Shown here piece after piece: positions 11,408 to 20,870 of a DNA stretch of 64,000 nucleotides. A program made the translations under genes and the position numbers. The notes beneath the pieces are model-generated. The model searched no databases and was not told the DNA's origin. It saw only the letters and a program-made list of their open reading frames with translations. Source of the DNA: an uncultured Planctomycetaceae bacterium (GTDB lineage: Bacteria; Planctomycetota; Planctomycetia; Isosphaerales; Isosphaeraceae); assembly GCA_963833985.1 (NCBI GenBank), contig CAWIAD010000001.1, positions 544,001 to 608,000 on the forward strand. Direction: 5' to 3'. Within the stretch, counting starts at the first letter, position 1. Each line of letters starts with the position of its first letter.

Positions 11408-12382
11408 TTACGTGCTCACTTCCGGTGCCGTCGCCTGGAGGTCGGGGGGAAGGTTCGAGTCATAGCGCTGGCCGCGCGACTCGCCCGGCCCAGGGCCGGC
11501 CTCGACAGCCCGGTCCATCTCGGCGGCGCCCAGGAGCACCATGCCCACGACCCAGTACCAGAACAACAGGACCATGATCCCCCCCAGCGAGCCTTACGCC
11601 GTGTCGTAGCTGCCGTAATACTGGACGTAGACACGGAACAGGAAGCTGAAGGCCAGGAACGCGACCGACCCCGCCAGGGTCCCCGGCGTGATCCAGACCC
11701 AGCGTTGCCGTGCCGCGGGGCCGACGTTGAAGGTCAGGGCGAGGCTAGGGAGCACCGTGAGGAAGACAGCAAACCAACGGATGACCGTCGCCATCCAGGC
11801 CGCGGGGCTGTTCGGGTGGAGGCCGAGCATCCGCAGGATCTGCGGCCAGGCGACGATGGCCACGAGGGATCCGAGCAGGACGGCCGACAGGGTCAGCGTG
11901 AGGGCCAGGGCCGTGAGGCGAAGCCTCACGAACCTGCGGTTCTCCGCGACCCCGAAGGTACGGTTCAGGGCGGCGATGACCGTCAGCGACAGGCTCGAGA
12001 CCACCCAGAGCGCGACCGCCACGGCCACGGAGATCAGCCCCACCGGGGGCTCGGACTGGATCCGCACGATCTGGTCCCTGATCAGCACGTAAGCCTCGCG
12101 CGGGAAGAGGGACTTCAGTGTTGCGTCGAGCTGGTCGACCGTCAGGTCGCCGAGGCCGGAGCTCTGCACGCCGGCTCCGGAAAGGTCGGGCAGGTGCAGG
12201 ACTGTAGCGACCAGGAAGAGGGCCAGCAAGGGGACGGTAGCGAATAGCGCGTAGAAGGCGATGGCGGCCGCCCAGATCATGGAGTCGTGCCCCTCCATCC
12301 GCTTCCAGGTCTGGACGGCGAGCTGGCTCGCGGATAAGCCGTTGAGGCTCAATGACAATCGCGGGCGGGGGCGGTCGGTCAT
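11408..12382 (-). pseudogene. YihY/BrkB family membrane protein with an in-frame premature TAA at 11594-11596
   Basis: AAAIAFYALF and WITPG motifs; reads YGSYDTA*GSLGGIMVLLFWYW in one frame (TAC to TAA likely) through to the stop at 11408. Confidence 0.75.
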
Positions 12383-12735
12383 ACGAAGCTCCGTCGGGCT
12401 CGGGCACTTCCTCGTCATGCTCCAATCATCGGACGTCCGGGCCATCTCTGCCACCATCCAGAGACGATGCGGTGCGACTCCAGGCGGGGGATGATGCCTT
12501 CCGACGACTCGAAGGCAGGCGAATTGAGGGTGCGACTGGGACCGTCGTGAGGCCCCCGGGTGACTCCGGACCGCGCACGGTCCACCGATTCGCTGTAAGA
12601 TCGGGTAGGAACGGAAGGGCCGCCGAGCCACGGGGAGGCGCAGGCCACCTCGAACGTCTGGGAATCCGGGCCTGAGGCGTTTCCTCCGGCCGGTTGACAC
12701 CCACGCAGGACGTTGGAGGCCGAAGGAGGGCTTCG

Positions 12736-15360
12736 GTGACGCCAGGGCCGCAGGTCGAGGACATTCAGGATTACGCCCAGAACATCGTGGATACGGTGCG
12801 CGAGCCCCTGCTGATCCTGGACGCCACGCTCCGCGTCCGGTCGGCCAACCGCGCGTTCTACCAGACGTTCCACGTCACGACCGCCGAGACCGAGGGCCGC
12901 CTGATCTACGAACTCGGTAACGGCCAGTGGGACATCCCCGACCTCCGGACCCTGCTTGAAGACATCGTCCCGAAAAGCTCCGTCTTCGACGACTTCGAGC
13001 TTGAACACACCTTCCCGGCCATCGGTCGACGGGTGATGCTGCTCAATGCCCGCAAGCTCAAGGCGGGCCACCACGGCGAGCTGCTCGTCCTGGCCATGGA
13101 AGACGTCACCGCGCGTAAGCGGGCCGAAGAGGCGCTGCTCGAAGCCGGAGCGTTGCAGAGCGCCATCTTCAACAGCGCCAACTTTTCGAGCATCGCCACA
13201 GACGAGAGGGGCGTCATCCAGATCTTCAACGTCGGAGCCGAGCGCATGCTCGGTTATGCGGCCGCCGACGTGATGAATAAAAATACCCCAGCCGACATTT
13301 CAGACCCGCAGGAGGTGATCGCGCGCGCCAAAGCCCTGAGCACCGAGCTCGGCACGATGATCACCCCAGGATTCGAAGCCCTGGTCTTCAAGGCTTCGCG
13401 TGGGATCGAGGACATCTACGAGCTGACCTACATCCGCAAGGACGGCAGCAGATTCCCGGCCATCGTCTCGGTCACGGCGCTGCGCGACGCACAGGGGAAA
13501 ATCATCGGATATCTGTTGATCGGCACCGACAATACCGCACGCAAGCAGGTGGAAGCCGAGCGGATGGCGCTCGATCAACGCGTCCGCGATCAACAGTTCT
13601 ACACGAGGTCGCTCATCGAATCCAATATCGATGCGCTGATCACCACCGACCCGCGCGGCATCATCACCGACGTGAACAAGCAGATGGAGGCGCTCACCGG
13701 GTGCACGCGCGACGAGCTGATCGGCGCGCCGTTCAAGGGCTACTTCACAGACCCGGAGCGCGCCGAAGCGGGCATCAAGCTGGTGCTGGGCGAGGGCAAG
13801 GTCACCGATTACGAGCTCACCGCGCGCGCACGGGACGGCAAGCAGACCGTGGTGTCCTACAACGCGACCACCTTCCACGACCGCGACCGGAAGCTACAGG
13901 GGGTCTTCGCAGCCGCCCGCGACGTCACGGAGCGCAAGCGTTACGAGCAATCATTGCAGCAGGCCAACCGCGCCAAGAGCGTCTTCCTGGCCAACATGTC
14001 GCACGAGATCCGCACCCCCATGAACGCCATCCTCGGGTTCTCCCAGCTGATGCTCCGCGGCCTGGACGTCACCCCTCAACAATGCCAGTACCTCGCGACC
14101 ATCAACAGGAGCGGCGAGCACCTCCTGGCGCTGATCAACGACATCCTGGAGATGTCGAAGATCGAGGCGGGACGCACGACCCTGAACCCCTCGACTTTCG
14201 ATCTGCCCGCCCTGCTCGAGGACCTGGAGATGATGTTCCGCGTCCGCACGGATGAGAAGAGGTTGTCATTCTCGGTGGAGACGATAGGCGACGTTCCGCA
14301 ATTCATCGTGACTGATATCAATAAGCTGCGCCAGGTCTTCATCAACGTCATTGGCAATGCCGTCAAGTTCACCGAGCAAGGCGGCATCGCCGTGCGCGTG
14401 CACGCGGACCGCAAGGGCACGACGGGACCCTACCTCCGGGTCGAAGTCGAGGACACCGGCGCGGGCATTTCGCCGGACGAACAGGACAAGCTGTTTCGCC
14501 ATTTCGAGCAGACCAAGACCGGGCAACAGATGGGGACCGGCACGGGGCTGGGCCTGGCCATCAGCCGGGAGTTCGTCCGCCTGATGGGGGGCGATATCAC
14601 GCTGAGCAGCCAGGTCGGTAGGGGCAGTGTCTTCGTCGTTCACATGCCATTGACGGAGGGCGAAGCCCAGGCGGTCCCGGCGAAGGACAACCCCCGGCAC
14701 GTCCTGAGGCTCCGTCCCGGGCAGCCGGCGTGCCGGGTGCTGATCGCCGACGACATCGAGGACAACCGCCAACTCCTGGCACAGCTTCTGTCACCCGTCG
14801 GTTTCGAGGTCCGGCTGGCGACCAACGGTGCGGAAGCCGTCCAGGAGTTCGAGCAGTGGCGGCCCCATCTGGTCCTGATGGATTTCCGCATGCCGGTGAT
14901 GGACGGGCATGAGGCAATTCGCCGGATCCGGGCCATGGCCGGCGGCGGCGGCACCAGGATCATCGCCGTGACGGCCAGCGCGATGGAAGACAACCGACAG
15001 GAGCTGATGGAAATCGGCGCCGACGATTTCATTGGCAAGCCCTTCAGGGACGCCGAGCTGTTCCAGAAGATTCACACCCACCTGGGCCTAGAATACCTCT
15101 ACGCCGAGTATCCCGAAGCCGGGGCAGAGGAGGAAGCGGCAGAGCTTACACCCGGGTCCCTGGCGGACCTGCCGCAAGATGTCATCGAGCCGATGCGTGA
15201 AGCCGTCTTCACGGCGGACCTGGATGAGCTGCTGGCAAGGATCCAGGGCGTCGAAGCCCGTGATCCCCGCATCGCTCGGGGGCTGCGGCGCCTGGCCGAG
15301 AGCTTCCAGTATGAGAAACTTCTCGGTCTCTTCAGCGCGGGAGCCGTCCATGACTCCTGA
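12736..15360 (+). CDS. Multi-PAS hybrid sensor histidine kinase / response regulator
   Basis: Three PAS/PAC domains, H-box FLANMSHEIRTPMN, NAVKFT, GTGLGLAI, receiver domain (IADD...MDFRMP...K); AGGAGG before GTG 12736. Confidence 0.92.
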   Translation: MTPGPQVEDIQDYAQNIVDTVREPLLILDATLRVRSANRAFYQTFHVTTAETEGRLIYELGNGQWDIPDLRTLLEDIVPKSSVFDDFELEHTFPAIGRRVMLLNARKLKAGHHGELLVLAMEDVTARKRAEEALLEAGALQSAIFNSANFSSIATDERGVIQIFNVGAERMLGYAAADVMNKNTPADISDPQEVIARAKALSTELGTMITPGFEALVFKASRGIEDIYELTYIRKDGSRFPAIVSVTALRDAQGKIIGYLLIGTDNTARKQVEAERMALDQRVRDQQFYTRSLIESNIDALITTDPRGIITDVNKQMEALTGCTRDELIGAPFKGYFTDPERAEAGIKLVLGEGKVTDYELTARARDGKQTVVSYNATTFHDRDRKLQGVFAAARDVTERKRYEQSLQQANRAKSVFLANMSHEIRTPMNAILGFSQLMLRGLDVTPQQCQYLATINRSGEHLLALINDILEMSKIEAGRTTLNPSTFDLPALLEDLEMMFRVRTDEKRLSFSVETIGDVPQFIVTDINKLRQVFINVIGNAVKFTEQGGIAVRVHADRKGTTGPYLRVEVEDTGAGISPDEQDKLFRHFEQTKTGQQMGTGTGLGLAISREFVRLMGGDITLSSQVGRGSVFVVHMPLTEGEAQAVPAKDNPRHVLRLRPGQPACRVLIADDIEDNRQLLAQLLSPVGFEVRLATNGAEAVQEFEQWRPHLVLMDFRMPVMDGHEAIRRIRAMAGGGGTRIIAVTASAMEDNRQELMEIGADDFIGKPFRDAELFQKIHTHLGLEYLYAEYPEAGAEEEAAELTPGSLADLPQDVIEPMREAVFTADLDELLARIQGVEARDPRIARGLRRLAESFQYEKLLGLFSAGAVHDS

Positions 15361-15429
15361 GAATCCGATCCGCCAGGCATCGCCTCAGCCAGGAGAGACA
15401 TCCGAATCCGGCGCGAAGCGGGAGGCAAG

Positions 15430-16578
15430 ATGACCATCGACGAACTGGACAAACTGGCAGATCTCGTCAAGCAGGAACGCGACGCCTTGCTATCGGGGTG
15501 GCGAGAGCAGGTGCGGCAACTTCCGTCCGCGCGGCTGCTTGACGTCCCGACGCTCAACGATCATATCCCTGGACTGCTCGACGAACTGGCATCGGCACTC
15601 CGATCGCACTCCGGCCAGACGATCCCCGAAGCACTCAGCAAAGCCAGCTCTCCCGCGCATGGCCTTCAGCGTGTCCAGGACGCCTTCGATATCGAGGAGG
15701 TCGTGGCGGAGTACAACATTCTTCGCGGCTGCATTCACGACCTTGCCGACGAGAATGGCTTGAACCTGCAAGGCAAGCCTTTCCATATCCTCAACCTGGT
15801 CTTCGACCATGCGATCGGCGTGGCGTTGCAGACGTTTGCCACTCAACGCGCGCTCGAGGTGCAGCAGCGTCGGGCCGAGTATCTCGCCTTCGTGGCACAC
15901 GATCTCCGAACTCCCTTGAATGCCATTTCCCTGGCCGGGAGAGTCCTTGAATTGTCACTCCCGGAGCGGGCCAACAGCGCTGAAACGGCCCGGATGTTGA
16001 AGGCTTTGCGTCGCAACGTGCAGCAGATCGAATCGTTGGTCGGCAAGGTGCTCGAGGAAAACACGAATCTGCAAACGGAACTCGGGCTCAAACTGGAACG
16101 ACGCGAGTTTGATCTGTGGCCCCTCGTCGAGGCCCTCATTCACGACCTCCATCCGGTGGCAGGGACCGCCAGCACTCACCTGATCAACGAGGTGCCCGAC
16201 GACCTGGTCGTCTACGCGGACGCCAGCTTGTTGAGGCGGGTCTTCCAGAATTTGATCGCCAACGCGATCAAGTACACTCCACGCGGACAGATCCTCATCG
16301 GGGCACGGGAACTTGACGAGAAAGATGCCGTCGAGTGCTGGGTCAGCGACAACGGCTCGGGAATCCCCGAAAACCTCCTCGACAAGGTCTTCGACAAGGG
16401 AGAAACCGACCCGAAGAGTGCGGGCGGAACGGGCCTGGGTCTCGCCATCGTGAAGACGTTCACGGAGGCACACGGCGGGCGGGTGACGGTCGAGAGCAAC
16501 GGAGGGGTTGGATCGGCGTTCCGGTTTTCGCTGCCTACCAGGGCGAATGTCGGCGGCCTAACGAAGCCACTCAATTGA
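15430..16578 (+). CDS. Sensor histidine kinase with an RsbRD-N-like N-terminal domain
   Basis: AHDLRTPL, NAIKY and GTGLGLAI; N-terminal 'HGLQRVQDAFDIEEVVAEY' resembles RsbRD_N. Confidence 0.88.
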   Translation: MTIDELDKLADLVKQERDALLSGWREQVRQLPSARLLDVPTLNDHIPGLLDELASALRSHSGQTIPEALSKASSPAHGLQRVQDAFDIEEVVAEYNILRGCIHDLADENGLNLQGKPFHILNLVFDHAIGVALQTFATQRALEVQQRRAEYLAFVAHDLRTPLNAISLAGRVLELSLPERANSAETARMLKALRRNVQQIESLVGKVLEENTNLQTELGLKLERREFDLWPLVEALIHDLHPVAGTASTHLINEVPDDLVVYADASLLRRVFQNLIANAIKYTPRGQILIGARELDEKDAVECWVSDNGSGIPENLLDKVFDKGETDPKSAGGTGLGLAIVKTFTEAHGGRVTVESNGGVGSAFRFSLPTRANVGGLTKPLN

Positions 16579-16689
16579 CATGAGGAAGCCCGAAGCCCGC
16601 GATCCCAGCATTGCCCGGGATCCGCGGCACTCGGCCGAGGGCTTCCTTCATCAGAAATGCCTTGATCCCTTCAGTGCAGGGAGCCTCCA

Positions 16690-17917
16690 TTGAATCCGGT
16701 TTTGCCGCGAAGTCCCGCCGAGCAACCCGCCAGCATCCTGGTGGTGGACGACACCCCCGCCAATCTCCAGGTGCTGGCCGGCATGCTCAAGGAACGCGGG
16801 CACAAGGTCCGCCCGGTCCCCGGCGGCAAGCTGGCGCTGCGCGGCGCGGCGCGATCCTCCGGACCTGATCCTGCTGGACATCAATATGCCGGAGATGAAC
16901 GGCTACGAGGTCTGCGAACAGCTCAAGTCCGACAACCTCCTGAGAGGGATTCCCGTCATCTTCATCAGCGCCCTCACCGAGCACCTCGACAAGGTGAAGG
17001 CCTTCGCCATCGGCGGGGTGGATTACCTCACCAAGCCCTTCCAGATGGAAGAATTGCACGCCCGCGTCGAGGCCCACCTGAAGCTCCGCCGCCTCCAGAC
17101 CGAACTGGAGGAGGCCAACGCGCAACTGACGAAGGCCAACGGCCGTATGTCCCGCGACCTGAGGGCGGCGGCGAGGATCCAGGAGACGTTCCTGCCCCGC
17201 GAGGCACCTCGCGTCCCGGGCGCGGGCTTCGCCTGGGCCTTCAGTCCCTGCGACGAACTGGCCGGCGATGGCCTCAACGTCATCGCACTGGGCGACGGCA
17301 AGGTCGGACTTTACATCCTGGACGTCAGCGGCCATGGCGTCGCGTCGGCCCTGCTGTCGGTGACGCTCGGCCGTCTCCTCTCGCCACCGTCGGACCCTTC
17401 CTCGATCCTGATCCGGGACGGGGACCCGCGGGGACGGTCGGAGATCACGCCGCCGGCCGAGGTCGCCGCCCGCCTGAACCGGCTCTTCCCGTTCGACCCG
17501 GCGACCGAGCAGTTCGCGACGATGATCTACGGGATCCTGGACATCGAGGCCGGGGAGTTTCGCTACGCCTCCGCCGGTCACCCCGGCCCGGTGCACCTGC
17601 CCTCCGACGCCGATCCGGTGATCCTCGAGAGCCGGGGATCCCCTATCGGCCTTGCCGACGACGCTTACGAGGAACGGTCAGTCCGCCTGGGGGCGGGAGA
17701 CCGCCTGTACCTCTACTCCGATGGCGTCCCCGAGGCGCTGGACCCCGCCGGCAAGCCGTTCGGAGACGCCCGGCTCCTGGAGGTGATCGGCCGCGGGCGG
17801 TCCGAACCGCTCCCGGAGGGAGTGGCGACCCTCCTGGAGGAGATCGCGCGGTGGCACGGGACCGGGACCCCTCATGACGACATCTCCATCCTGGCGGCGG
17901 AAATCTCCCCGGGCTGA
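16690..17917 (+). CDS. Response regulator fused to a PP2C (SpoIIE/RsbU-type) phosphatase (frameshift near 16850)
   Basis: ILVVDD receiver; ELAGD, DVSGHG, SAGHP, YSDG and DDISIL PP2C motifs. Confidence 0.88.
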
Positions 17918-18301
17918 ACGTCGTTTCTCCCGACCCGATGCGACGAATCCTGGGACGGAAGTTGAGAGGGCGGCTCCCGTTCTCGATGACGCAGGGAAAC
18001 CGGTCCCGATCCGACCGAATCACCCCTCCCCTCGCCGTGCCCCTCCAACGCGGCGTCCACCTCCGCCGCCTCCCTGGGGCCGGCCCGGCAGGCCGCCCAG
18101 CGGCAACGGAGTGGAGCCCGTCGCCGAACGTGACAATCCGGCGAGAACCAGTCGAGTGGACAGCCAGGCTCGCCAGCGGGGGATTGCCCCACAATCCGCC
18201 CGCCTGGGTCGGTCCCTGGGACGCGTCCGCCAGGCCGTCGGACGATTTGCGGAGATTCGCCGGTCGGGTCGAGAGCCAGTTGCGGCCGGCCGGTGGCGGG
18301 C

Positions 18302-18520
18302 TCAGCATCGCAGACCTTCTCGCTTGAGCAACTCGACGACGGCGAGGGTCTCGGCGAGGACATGCAGCGCGAGGAACGAGGGCTGGGGCCGGTCTCGTCG
18401 CCCCAGTTCCCTGCGCCACAGGTTCGGCAGGTAGAACGTTATCGAGTTGAGGCTCTCGGCCTCGCAGAACGCCCGGACGGACAGACCACTTTGCTTCCCA
18501 ACGCGCGATGACGTGCCGCA
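18302..18520 (-). pseudogene. Degenerate IS66-family TnpA (orfA) remnant
   Basis: Hand translation with one frameshift: RHVIARWEA/SGLSVRAFCEAESLNSITFY..WRRELGRRD..., matching the IS66 TnpA 'SGLSxxxFC...FYxWRR' pattern; no tnpB/tnpC nearby. Confidence 0.6.
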
Positions 18521-18694
18521 ACTACAGCCGGCTCGCTTGTCCGAGCAGGGCTCTGGGTATGGTTCACCCCCATTCGGCCATGCCGAGATCGTGGCATGGG
18601 CCGCAAGAAGGGTTCACCGAACTCACACTCAGAAAGGGAGAGAAATCGCTGGACCGGCTTGTCTGTGCGGCAAGTCTGACTGGCCCGATGTGCC

Positions 18695-19483
18695 TCAGTG
18701 ACCGCGGCCCGATGCGCCCCGGCGATGCGCTTGCGACCCCAGGCCGGCAGCCGCGCGGCCCTGGTTGCCGGCACCGATGCCCCGCGGCAGCGCGTTCAAC
18801 GTGGCGGCCCCGGCCGTGCTCGAACCCAGGAGCCCGGCGGCCGCACCCAGGCTGCCGCCACCCCCGGACACCGCGCCCAGACCAAAGGTCCCCGCGGTGG
18901 CTCCCAGCGTGCCTGTTGCGAACCCCGCAGTCGACCCCGTCGCGACCCCGCCCACCGAGAAGTTGTTATAGTTGTTGAACGTACTGTTCAAGCTGTTGAC
19001 TGTGTGGTTCGTGTTCACGGACCCGTTATACATCCCGGCCTGATTGTAGCCATTGTTGAAATGAAGCGCAGCCGAGTTGTTGTACATCCCCGCCTGGTTG
19101 TAACCGTTGTTGTAGCGGAGCCCCGGAGTATTGTTGTAGAGACCGGGCTGAGTGTACGGGTTGTTGAAGCGCAGGGCCGGGGAGTTGTTGTAAAGGCCGT
19201 ACAGATTGTAGGGGTTGTTGTAAAACATGCCGGGTGCGTTATTGTACATGCCAAACTGGTTGTATGGATTATTATAGTATAGCCCGGGAGTATTGTTATA
19301 CATGCCGGCCTGGTTGTAGCCGTTGTTGAAGGTCATCCCGCGTGCATTGTTGTACATGCCCGCCTGGGTGAACGGATTGGCGATCGCTCCGGCCGCGGCG
19401 CCGTGGTGTTGCGCGAACACCGGGGCCGTCCAGAGACCGACGATTCCGGCGAGCACGGCGAGAGATGTTGCAGAGCGTCTCAT
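18695..19483 (-). CDS. Secreted Asn/Tyr/Gly/Gln-rich tandem-repeat protein
   Basis: Signal peptide MRRSATSLAVLAGIVGLWTAPVFA; about 6.5 copies of an 18-aa repeat NxYNQxGMYNNxPGLxYN; Gly/Ala-rich tail. Confidence 0.8.
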   Translation of the reverse strand: MRRSATSLAVLAGIVGLWTAPVFAQHHGAAAGAIANPFTQAGMYNNARGMTFNNGYNQAGMYNNTPGLYYNNPYNQFGMYNNAPGMFYNNPYNLYGLYNNSPALRFNNPYTQPGLYNNTPGLRYNNGYNQAGMYNNSAALHFNNGYNQAGMYNGSVNTNHTVNSLNSTFNNYNNFSVGGVATGSTAGFATGTLGATAGTFGLGAVSGGGGSLGAAAGLLGSSTAGAATLNALPRGIGAGNQGRAAAGLGSQAHRRGASGRGH

Positions 19484-19648
19484 GGTGAACCCCCTGGCGG
19501 CCGACGATCCGGTTTGCCCGATATCTGGTCGATCAACCTTGTTATAGTTTACGCGAGGACCGTCGGGTAAACCAGGGGAGATCTCGCACCGGCTTACCGG
19601 ATGGAGTCCTTTTTCCGCAACGCCCGCCGGCCAGGGGAGGAGACCGCG

Positions 19649-20110
19649 ATGAGCCCTCGCTGCTTGATTCTGGAGATCGCCGCGTGCTCGATGATGGCTT
19701 TCCTGGCCTCGGCCCGGGCCCAGGAAACGTCCCGCGGCGCGGAACCGCAGACCGTGGAAAGCGAGCTGAAAGAGGCCATGCTTGCAAACATCAAGGCGAC
19801 GGCGGCCGAGGATCTCGCCGCCACGATGAAAACGATCCACTCGAACTCGCCGCTCTACCAGACGACCCGGAGGCAGTTGACCCAGGTCTTCGGCAAGTAC
19901 AAGGGAGTCCGGTACGAGCTGGTGTCTTTCACGTATCTGGCCAGCGACGGCGACTTCGCCTTCGCCCGCGCGGTCCAGCGCACCACCCAGACGCCTCCCT
20001 CGGCGGTCAAGGACAACGAGACCGATCTGCTGATCGCGTTCCGCAAAGAGAGCGGAACCTGGAAGTTCTGGAACCAGGCCCTGCTCGAGTACAAGCTTTT
20101 GAAGCGTTGA
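19649..20110 (+). CDS. Secreted NTF2/SnoaL-like fold protein
   Basis: GGAGGAG RBS, signal peptide, 'EDLAATMKTIH' helix and C-terminal 'FRKESGTWKF' strand. Confidence 0.6.
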   Translation: MSPRCLILEIAACSMMAFLASARAQETSRGAEPQTVESELKEAMLANIKATAAEDLAATMKTIHSNSPLYQTTRRQLTQVFGKYKGVRYELVSFTYLASDGDFAFARAVQRTTQTPPSAVKDNETDLLIAFRKESGTWKFWNQALLEYKLLKR

Positions 20111-20170
20111 GGCTGGCAGGTGCGGGAACGGGCCACGGACGCTTCAGCCGGCCGGCCGCGGAAGCGGGGC

Positions 20171-20740
20171 TCAGGTCGCCCGGCCCAGGTACTCGCCCGT
20201 GCGCGTGTCCACCCGGACCACGGTCCCCTGGTCGAGATGCTCGGGGACCTGCACGACCAGGCCCGTGGAAAGCGTGGCGGGCTTGGTACGGCCGGTCGCC
20301 GAATTGCCCCGCACACCCGGGGCGGACTCGACAATCGGCAGCTCCACGGTGTCGGGCAGCTCGATCGCAATGACCTCATCGTCCACGACCAGGGCCTGAA
20401 CCCCCTCCATGTTCTCGGTCATGAAGGGGATCTGGTCGCGCAGGTCATCGGCGGTGAATGAGAACTGCGCGTAATCCTCCGCGTCCATGAAGTGGAACTC
20501 GTCGGCATCGCGATACAGGTACGACACGGGCCTGCGCTCGAAGCTGGATTCGCTCAGGCTGTCGGTTCCCCTGTAGGCCTTCTCGACTCGCGCCTTGGTC
20601 TTGAGGTTTCGCGCCTTGATCTTGTACAGCGTGGCAGCACCCCGGGCCGAAGGCGTCTGAACCTGGATGTGCTCGATCATGTGGGGGGCGCCGTCGATCT
20701 CCACGACCATCCGGCGCTTGAAGTCCTTGGCAGGCACCAC
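20171..20740 (-). CDS. efpL: Elongation factor P-like protein (EfpL/YeiP type)
   Basis: EF-P fold; loop TPSARGAAT; C-terminal KPATLSTGLVVQVP...DTRTGEYLGRA. Confidence 0.85.
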   Translation of the reverse strand: MVPAKDFKRRMVVEIDGAPHMIEHIQVQTPSARGAATLYKIKARNLKTKARVEKAYRGTDSLSESSFERRPVSYLYRDADEFHFMDAEDYAQFSFTADDLRDQIPFMTENMEGVQALVVDDEVIAIELPDTVELPIVESAPGVRGNSATGRTKPATLSTGLVVQVPEHLDQGTVVRVDTRTGEYLGRAT

Positions 20741-20870
20741 GTGGCGCAGTCCTCACTGGAAGAAGGTGGTTCTCACGGTCTGCGATAGTCCATTCCTGAT
20801 TTTAACCGGTGTCGCGCCGCGCGGTCAAAAGCCCTGGGGGAGACTCCGGGCCGGCGCAAACGGGGATCAT

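Noticed and set aside
19021..19378. AT-rich periodic DNA as a CRISPR or non-coding array
   Set aside because: The 54-bp period is in frame with synonymous variation, so it is protein-coding
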